Shown here piece by piece: positions 58,489 through 64,000 of a stretch of 64,000 nucleotides of DNA. Location of the stretch: the IMG/VR virus record IMGVR_UViG_3300042302_000394, positions 143,814-207,813 of that record; one strand, 5' to 3'. The position numbers and the translations under genes were made by a program. Position 1 is the first letter of the stretch. Each line of letters starts with the position of its first letter. Below the pieces are notes generated by a model. It searched no databases. It was given only the letters and a program-made list of their open reading frames with translations, and was not told where the DNA came from.

Positions 58489-58665
58489 ATGTTAAAAATG
58501 TATACACTGCAACGCAATAACACTTATCTAATTGCAGGAAAATTTGTGCCGCTAGCAGTAGCACAAAAAAATAAAGCAAGCATGTACAAATATAAAACTA
58601 TGCTCGCACATGCAACACAAAGCATTAAGCAAGCAGGAGACACTGTAGCAGTGTTTACTTTATAA
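58489..58665 (+). CDS. Small basic hypothetical protein, AT-rich
   Basis: AGGA RBS after promoter 58430. Confidence 0.6.
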   Translation: MLKMYTLQRNNTYLIAGKFVPLAVAQKNKASMYKYKTMLAHATQSIKQAGDTVAVFTL

Positions 58666-58748
58666 CCCTACAGCACATAGGGTCTTTGGTTGCCCTGTGT
58701 ACCTTTTTGCGTTATAATACACACATGTTAAACGAAAAGGAAATTAAA

Positions 58749-59135
58749 ATGCAAACATACACTACACTGCACACAAACGGACTCGGCTACTGGAGCCGCA
58801 CAGCTAAAGCTGTAGACGTTACGAAACTAGACTTGCAGTTCATTAACGACGAGAGAGACTTCGGCGAGCTGTGTGTGTACTTTACAGCAGACAGCTGGGA
58901 CGTTAACACAATGGGACTAATTTACACAGACAAGCAGTTTAAAGCAGAACTGCGTGAGTACTTGGTTACGTTGGGCTTTACGCAAGCAGAAGCAAACGAC
59001 GTGGAGTACAGCGAGCAGGGTATGCAGGGCGACAATTACGTGTCGTGCGATGTAGGAGATAAGTTTATTGCGGGCTTAATGCGTTTGGACCCCCAGCATG
59101 TTAACGCTGTGATTGCGGAGTGCGAGGGCATTTAA
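58749..59135 (+). CDS. Hypothetical early protein
   Basis: AAGGA RBS; G.GYWS...GLIYTD...YSEQGMQG..YVS.D. Confidence 0.8.
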   Translation: MQTYTTLHTNGLGYWSRTAKAVDVTKLDLQFINDERDFGELCVYFTADSWDVNTMGLIYTDKQFKAELREYLVTLGFTQAEANDVEYSEQGMQGDNYVSCDVGDKFIAGLMRLDPQHVNAVIAECEGI

Positions 59136-59217
59136 TAGTACAGTAAAGTGGAAGGGCATTGTTGACAGCAGTGCCCTTTTGCGTTATAATACACACATAC
59201 ACTAAACAGGAGCAGAC

Positions 59218-59373
59218 ATGAAGCGTACAGATGTTGAAGAGCTGTTGGGAAAGATGGAACAGTTTGCGGACTTCCTGTTTGCACAGGGCAAGAACTGTGC
59301 AGGCAATGAGCTGTTGGGCTTTATTGAGACCGCAGATGCTGTGTTAGAGGACTGCGAGTTGGAGGCGGAATGA
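59218..59373 (+). CDS. Small acidic protein, 51 aa (absent from the ORF track)
   Basis: AGGAG RBS; MKRTDVEELLGKMEQFADFLFAQGKNCAGNELLGFIETADAVLEDCELEAE; ATGA overlap with the next gene. Confidence 0.75.
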   Translation: MKRTDVEELLGKMEQFADFLFAQGKNCAGNELLGFIETADAVLEDCELEAE

Positions 59374-59594
59374 TTACAGCGGACAAACTCAAACTCCTCA
59401 CCAACATGCCAGCAGTTATGCTAGAGCAGGCACTGCCCGTCAAAGGCCGACCCAAACTCAAGACAGCCCGCTTCCTGGGCATCACCAACGGGCACGAGTT
59501 CTGCTACCTTGTGACAGACACTGATGACGGTGCGGGCAAACTGTTCCTCAAGTATGACCCTACAGCGGATAAGGTTTCTGCTACGCTGGCTTGA
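59370..59594 (+). CDS. Hypothetical early protein
   Basis: GGAGG RBS; stop lies inside the next TTGACA. Confidence 0.75.
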   Translation: MITADKLKLLTNMPAVMLEQALPVKGRPKLKTARFLGITNGHEFCYLVTDTDDGAGKLFLKYDPTADKVSATLA

Positions 59595-59644
59595 CAAGTT
59601 GGCAAAATCTTGTTATAATACATACATCGCAACAAGGAGTAGAC

Positions 59645-59908
59645 ATGCTTACAGTCAATCAAACTACCCGCTCTTACACTGGCAAGCCCGGCTGCATGTG
59701 CGGATGCAATGGCACTTACAACGAGGGCGAACGTGCTCGTAAGATGGCTATAACTGCTCTGCTTAAAAACCCTGCTGTGCGCTACGACAGCTGGAACGAT
59801 GGGCAAGAGGGCGCTGTGTTTGTTGTTACAGCTACCCGCAATCGTGTACTTTATCTTACAGCAGAGGGCGTGAAAGCTGTTGAAGCTATGGGCGTAAAGC
59901 CCGAGTAA
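59645..59908 (+). CDS. Hypothetical early protein with GCMCGC motif
   Basis: AAGGAG RBS; YTGKPGCMCGCNGTY. Confidence 0.8.
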   Translation: MLTVNQTTRSYTGKPGCMCGCNGTYNEGERARKMAITALLKNPAVRYDSWNDGQEGAVFVVTATRNRVLYLTAEGVKAVEAMGVKPE

Positions 59909-59980
59909 GCTGTAGGGTCTTTGGTTGACAGGGTAGCCAAACAGTGTTATAATACACACATACACAACAAAGGAGCTGAT

Positions 59981-60223
59981 ATGAATATGTCTTACTGCAT
60001 GTTTGAGAACACAATGAATGATCTGCGTCACTGCGTGGAAGCAATGGACAATGCGGACTCTATGAGCGAGCTGGACTTGAGCCGCACTGAGAAAGCAGCT
60101 TATGAGTATATGCGCGAGCTGTGCCAAAACTTCCTGGACTGTGCAGAGCGCCTGGAGCAAGAGGAAGCTGACGGACAGCCCGACGAAGCGCAAGAGTGGG
60201 CAGACTTTGATCCCGATTGCTGA
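59981..60223 (+). CDS. Acidic hypothetical early protein
   Basis: AAGGAG RBS; NMSYCMFENT..DL..C motif. Confidence 0.8.
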   Translation: MNMSYCMFENTMNDLRHCVEAMDNADSMSELDLSRTEKAAYEYMRELCQNFLDCAERLEQEEADGQPDEAQEWADFDPDC

Positions 60224-60336
60224 AATGTCAACCCCTGCCATTAGACCCTGCAACACGCCTGGGTACTTCGCAGGGGTTGACAGTTTGGTAAAACCTTGCT
60301 ATAATTAACACTTACACAAACACACTGGAGCACACA

Positions 60337-60750
60337 ATGGGTACACGAAGCACTATCGCACTTGAGTTTGCAGATGGCACAGTACAGCAAGTCTACTGTC
60401 ACTGGGACGGCTACCTGGCACACAACGGCCAGCTCTTGCTCAAGCACTACAGCGATCCGTTCAAACTGCGTGACTTGATTGACTTGGGCGGTTTCTCAAG
60501 CCTGTGCGACTCTGTTGAGGAAACTAAACAGGGTGCCTACACACAACGCGGTGAAGAGTTGTCGATTGAGAAATACAAAGACATTGAGGACTATTACAAA
60601 AATGTCAGCGGCGAGGAGTACGACTACATCCTCAGCATGAACTGGAAAGGCAAGGCTCAGTGGTATGTTCGTCACTACGGCACACAAGAGAATTGGATTC
60701 CGTTAGAACTGGCATTTGAACAAGAGAAGCAAGAGGAGGAAATGGAATGA
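60337..60750 (+). CDS. Hypothetical early protein (YCHWDGY family)
   Basis: MGTRS.I...VYCHWDGY...G..L..HY...EEYDY. Confidence 0.85.
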   Translation: MGTRSTIALEFADGTVQQVYCHWDGYLAHNGQLLLKHYSDPFKLRDLIDLGGFSSLCDSVEETKQGAYTQRGEELSIEKYKDIEDYYKNVSGEEYDYILSMNWKGKAQWYVRHYGTQENWIPLELAFEQEKQEEEME

Positions 60751-60926
60751 GCAAGATCGCTGAACTGGCATACGACATTGAGCAACTGTACATCGATGGC
60801 ATGAGTGCCAGAATGATTGCACTGACATTGGATTGCCCCGTGGAGATGGTCTACGGTTGGATTGAAGGCAACAGTGTTGCTGATACGCCACAAGAGGAGG
60901 AAGTCTATTCGCCATATTTTGGTTGA
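60747..60926 (+). CDS. Small helix-turn-helix protein, 59 aa (absent from the ORF track)
   Basis: GAGGAGG RBS, ATGA overlap; LYIDGMSARMIALTLDCPVEMVYGWI fits an HTH pattern. Confidence 0.7.
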   Translation: MSKIAELAYDIEQLYIDGMSARMIALTLDCPVEMVYGWIEGNSVADTPQEEEVYSPYFG

Positions 60927-61008
60927 CAGTTCCTCCAAAAGAGGTTATAATTAATACATGGACAGCGCGGTGCTGTTCGTACACACAGACAAACACAAAG
61001 GAAATTTT

Positions 61009-61428
61009 ATGTCTAAATCTTTTACCCATGCTGGCGTTTCTAAACAAGATGGCCAATTCAAAGTTCGTTTTGCCAATGACGCACTGCGTACCAAGGTGCT
61101 GATCAAGAACGGTCATACCGATATTGATATCATCGAGCTGAAACACGCTATGACCAAAGAGGACGCTGTTGCTTATCTCATGGAGATCGACTTTGCCACT
61201 ACCAACGGCAAGACCAATGCTGATGTGTTGGCTGCACTGGCTGCTGAGATCGACAAGCGTAGCGAAGTGCCTGCTAAAGAGGCTAAGGTTGCCAAAGCTG
61301 CAAAGGCCAAGCCTACTATGAAGGCTATCGAAGCCAAGGTGGCTGCTAAGAAGGCAGAAGCCAAACCCACTCCTACTAAAGCCCAAGTGATTGCCCAGCT
61401 GGCTGACATGGAAGACGCCCCTTACTAA
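61009..61428 (+). CDS. Hypothetical protein with Lys/Ala-rich tail
   Basis: AAGGA RBS; KVRFAND...KVL.KNGHTDI; AKEAKVAKAAKAKP tail. Confidence 0.8.
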   Translation: MSKSFTHAGVSKQDGQFKVRFANDALRTKVLIKNGHTDIDIIELKHAMTKEDAVAYLMEIDFATTNGKTNADVLAALAAEIDKRSEVPAKEAKVAKAAKAKPTMKAIEAKVAAKKAEAKPTPTKAQVIAQLADMEDAPY

Positions 61429-61512
61429 GAATAACCCCTGCAGTGTGCGTAGAGGCAATGTCAATAAGTCCTCTTCGATAACATGTATAACGGGGTATTC
61501 AGAGAGAACACT

Positions 61513-61731
61513 ATGAGTAGATTAGATTATATTGGTCGTCCTTGGACGGCATTCGATCCGGAGAACAAGCAACACCGCAAATGGTTTGCAGAGTTCCAAA
61601 GGTCCGGTACTTGGGGTCGTTGCCCTGTTCGATTCATTGTTTCGGATCAGCACGGGGATTTGATTACCCTTATCCAGCGTAAACTGATCGGACATTATGT
61701 CGATCGTGAATTTGGCAAAATTAGTGCTTGA
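61513..61731 (+). CDS. Hypothetical early protein
   Basis: RP...FDP.NK.HR.W...F.....WG.CPVRF. Confidence 0.75.
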   Translation: MSRLDYIGRPWTAFDPENKQHRKWFAEFQRSGTWGRCPVRFIVSDQHGDLITLIQRKLIGHYVDREFGKISA

Positions 61732-61796
61732 TTTACCAGTCAGTCTTCTCTATAATAGATAATAACTGCACAGCAGTATCTAACAAGGAAGACAAA

Positions 61797-62066
61797 ATGA
61801 AAACGATTAATCCAGAAACCAAAGCCGGGAAACTATTCACAGCATTGAAAGCAGGCGAGGCATTGACTCCTGCACAGGCTGCAAAGCGTTTCGGTATCAA
61901 GAATGTCACAGCTGAAGTCAGCCGTATTCGTCAAAGCGGTTTCGCAGTGTATGCAAACAACCGCAAAGCCGGTAACGGTGTTGAAGTGACCGAGTATGTT
62001 ATGGGTCAACCAAGCCGCAAGATCATTGCCGCAGGTTACAAGGCTATGGCTCTCGGCCTTGCGTAA
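61797..62066 (+). CDS. Winged helix-turn-helix DNA-binding protein
   Basis: L..GE.LT..QA..RFGI.N..A.VS.IR..GF.VY.N; AAGGA RBS. Confidence 0.75.
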   Translation: MKTINPETKAGKLFTALKAGEALTPAQAAKRFGIKNVTAEVSRIRQSGFAVYANNRKAGNGVEVTEYVMGQPSRKIIAAGYKAMALGLA

Positions 62067-62116
62067 GTAGAGAGTTCGCTCCGAAGTCCTGGGGGTAGTG
62101 TCCCAGGCAAACCCCC

Positions 62117-62158
62117 GAGCCCTGCCACGCTGTGAAGCTGTTGCGGGGCTCACCTTTT
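62117..62158 (+). terminator. Probable terminator hairpin
   Basis: GAGCCCTGC...GCGGGGCTC followed by ACCTTTT. Confidence 0.5.
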
Positions 62159-62220
62159 GTGGCAAAAATACAACACCAAAAGAGGTTGACAGAGTGGTAA
62201 AACCTTGCTATAATACATAC

Positions 62221-62493
62221 ATGAACTTAAACAATGTCGACGAAGAATGGTTCCGCAGAGATCGAAGCTTTCGTATCATAGGCAATGATCAAGTAGGCTA
62301 TCATGTCCGAGCCTGTGGAAACCATCGTGTTCTCAGCGATAGAGAAGAGCCCTTAAAGACCCTACAAGACGCAAGGAATTGGTTGACAGAATACTATCCC
62401 GGTGTTATAATACATACATCGCAACAAGGAGCAGTCAATGAGCTACATTGTTTTCAAACACAACAAGGAATACGGTCCACGCAAAGGACTTGA
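62221..62493 (+). CDS. Possible leaderless ORF that reads through the next promoter cassette
   Basis: ATG 6 nt after TATAAT; the C-terminal third overlaps promoter 62383 and the next gene. Confidence 0.35.
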   Translation: MNLNNVDEEWFRRDRSFRIIGNDQVGYHVRACGNHRVLSDREEPLKTLQDARNWLTEYYPGVIIHTSQQGAVNELHCFQTQQGIRSTQRT

Positions 62494-62641
62494 AGGACCC
62501 TTCCACTATCCCAATGGCCGTGTTGCCTACTACGATCCTAAGGAAGGCCGCTACTGGGATCCACGGACTGACTTCTACCTCGAGACTGAGGAAGCCGCTG
62601 AACTCCAGAACTCGATCTTCGGAGTGCTGAAACGTGCTTAA
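62438..62641 (+). CDS. Hypothetical early protein
   Basis: AAGGAG RBS; GLEGPF...G.V.YYDPKEG.Y.D...D.Y. Confidence 0.8.
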   Translation: MSYIVFKHNKEYGPRKGLEGPFHYPNGRVAYYDPKEGRYWDPRTDFYLETEEAAELQNSIFGVLKRA

Positions 62642-62819
62642 GATACATCCAGACCTTAACCCACTAGAGGTCATCCTAGTCGAAGAGGACATGGCCCGCA
62701 AGGGAATCACACACTACACAATGACTCCGGGCAATGACTGCATCTGGGTCTACTACGGTTCTATGAACCTTTACTACATCTTCAACGAGGGTAAGATACA
62801 TGACATCCAAATCGATTAA
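62634..62819 (+). CDS. Hypothetical early protein
   Basis: GTG start with GGAG RBS, overlaps both neighbours. Confidence 0.6.
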   Translation: MLKIHPDLNPLEVILVEEDMARKGITHYTMTPGNDCIWVYYGSMNLYYIFNEGKIHDIQID

Positions 62820-63009
62820 AGTCTATCAGGAAACCACACAGTGGACAGACAGCAACGCCGGTAACCATGTCTACATCTTCAACGAGCGGGTTACAGGTCG
62901 AAGTGCCACAGCTATTGCCTACATACCTGCGGGCACAGATCAGGTAAAGAAGTTCCGTACACCGCTCAAGCTGGATCTCAAAGGGCGAACATTTAAAGAG
63001 TTGACTTGA
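62800..63009 (+). CDS. Hypothetical early protein
   Basis: 69 aa; ETT.W...NH.Y...R.F pattern. Confidence 0.7.
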   Translation: MTSKSIKVYQETTQWTDSNAGNHVYIFNERVTGRSATAIAYIPAGTDQVKKFRTPLKLDLKGRTFKELT

Positions 63010-63035
63010 TAAATAATTGACTGTATAATAGAACT

Positions 63036-63323
63036 ATGAAACGAATCCTTACTTCAATCGCACTGATCGCATCCTTGGGCACTGCACAGGCAGCTGGTCC
63101 AGAGGATGTCTTGCTGGGTATCATCCTAGGCGGATTCATAGGCAATTCAATGGCTAAACAACAGCCCGTTCAGCCTCCTGTAATCGTTCAACAACCTCCT
63201 GTGATCTACCAACCACAACCGCAGATCATCTACCAACCCTTGCCCCCACAGCCGGTATGCTACCATACTCCGGTCTATAACGGCTATGGTCAGTTCTTTG
63301 GCTGGCGCACTCACTGTAGATAA
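63036..63323 (+). CDS. Exported or membrane Pro/Gln-rich protein
   Basis: Signal peptide, glycine-zipper-like LLGIILGGFIG, QPPVIYQP repeats; ATG 6 nt after TATAAT. Confidence 0.75.
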   Translation: MKRILTSIALIASLGTAQAAGPEDVLLGIILGGFIGNSMAKQQPVQPPVIVQQPPVIYQPQPQIIYQPLPPQPVCYHTPVYNGYGQFFGWRTHCR

Positions 63324-63329
63324 AGATTC

Positions 63330-63404
63330 CTGGCCATAGTTCAATGGACAGAACATCTGCCTTCTAAGCAGTCAATCCAGGTTCGATTCCTGGTGGCCGG
63401 ACCA
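63330..63404 (+). tRNA. tRNA-Arg (anticodon TCT)
   Basis: Acceptor CTGGCCA/TGGCCGG, D arm GTTC/GAAC, anticodon loop CTTCTAA, T loop TTCGATT, encoded CCA. Confidence 0.95.
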
Positions 63405-63472
63405 AATAACCCTGCACTTGACAGGGTTTCTTTTTGATGTTATAATACATACATCGCAACAAGGAGCACACA

Positions 63473-63790
63473 ATGGCTAAACTGTTAATCACTACACAAT
63501 ACTACGAGAACTACGGTGCCCATGATTGGGACGGCAAGAACGAGTGCCCACAGTACTGGAAAGCCAAGGGCGGTTCGGACTACGTGGTCAAGAAGTTCAA
63601 AGGTGGCTCTGCCGATGCTACCATGGCGGTCATGTGCCTGCGAGCACAGATTGAGTCAGACAACGATCACTTCCGTGAAACAGTGATCGACTTCCGCATT
63701 GTCAAGGACGACTACCTCACAGAGTTTGAGCAGAGCCAGTTGGACTACGAAGGTTCCATCCGTTACCCAGCAAAAGAGTTGGTTTGGTAA
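63473..63790 (+). CDS. Hypothetical early protein
   Basis: AAGGAG RBS; TQY.ENYGAHDWDG..ECPQYWK.KGG. Confidence 0.85.
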   Translation: MAKLLITTQYYENYGAHDWDGKNECPQYWKAKGGSDYVVKKFKGGSADATMAVMCLRAQIESDNDHFRETVIDFRIVKDDYLTEFEQSQLDYEGSIRYPAKELVW

Positions 63791-63857
63791 AGACCTTAGT
63801 GGTTGACAGGGCTTTGAATTCCTGTTACAATACACACATAGACACTAAGGAGCAAAG

Positions 63858-64000
63858 ATGATTAGAGAACACATCGAGATGGACACACGACACGGTGGTC
63901 CTTATGATCGCGGCATGGCAGACAGCTATTACCGCAGGGACTACAATCCCCACTACTACCTAGGTGACACCAAAGCCTCAGGGCGTGTCACTCTCAAGGA
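63858..64000 (+). CDS. Hypothetical early protein, truncated by the window edge
   Basis: AAGGAG RBS; RHGGPYDRG.ADSYY.R...PHYY. Confidence 0.75.
   Translation, partial: MIREHIEMDTRHGGPYDRGMADSYYRRDYNPHYYLGDTKASGRVTLK

Larger units (their letters stand above)
54618..63831 (+). promoter_or_regulatory. Array of 20 near-consensus sigma70 early promoter cassettes
   Basis: -35 boxes start at 54618, 55010, 55473, 55798, 56218, 57112, 57328, 58430, 58690, 59162, 59591, 59925, 60277, 60923, 61728, 62186, 62383, 63001, 63418 and 63803; each is followed after 17 nt (18 at 55473) by TATAAT (TACAAT at the last). Confidence 0.93.

Noticed and set aside
59504-61464. Long minus-strand ORFs (250 and 253 aa) in the early region
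   Set aside because: Antisense to well-supported plus-strand genes and running across several promoter cassettes; no recognisable protein features.
1-64000. Stop-codon reassignment as in some large phages
   Set aside because: The standard code gives dense, full-length genes, and TAA, TGA and occasionally TAG terminate them without fragmenting recognisable proteins.

Overview
The window is part of a large lytic dsDNA tailed phage genome with T4-like/jumbo-myovirus organisation. The host is probably a Betaproteobacterium, inferred from the ErpA-, DUF3563- and phasin-like genes. Positions 1-51.9 kb are a mostly minus-strand late region. It holds putative head/internal proteins and a long block of tail-fibre/appendage genes (LamG, Ig-like, Gly-rich, two kinds of Thr-rich collagen-like repeats, a cupredoxin-like tip), glycosyltransferases, a cluster of four radical-SAM enzymes with two methyltransferases, an ErpA/IscA Fe-S carrier, an unannotated metallothionein-like peptide, DNA ligase, IF-1, HNH and SNase nucleases and a SleB-type cell-wall hydrolase. 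Many late genes have a TAAATA box only 4-7 nt before the start codon, which suggests leaderless mRNAs. Positions 53.5-54.3 kb are non-coding and rich in repeats and hairpins (candidate origin/terminus plus a candidate ncRNA). Positions 54.6-64 kb are a plus-strand early region of about 27 small genes and tRNA-Arg(TCT), in which almost every gene has its own near-consensus sigma70 promoter cassette (20 copies), many with a GGTAAAACC motif in the spacer. One cassette drives a highly structured RNA of about 190 nt instead of an ORF. The strongest leads are (1) two promoter-driven candidate ncRNAs, (2) a putative virion-fibre glycosylation and modification system, (3) a recombination scar that left direct repeats around the four-domain glycosyltransferase, and (4) the promoter-cassette array. 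All product calls come from motif recognition by eye; no database search was run.
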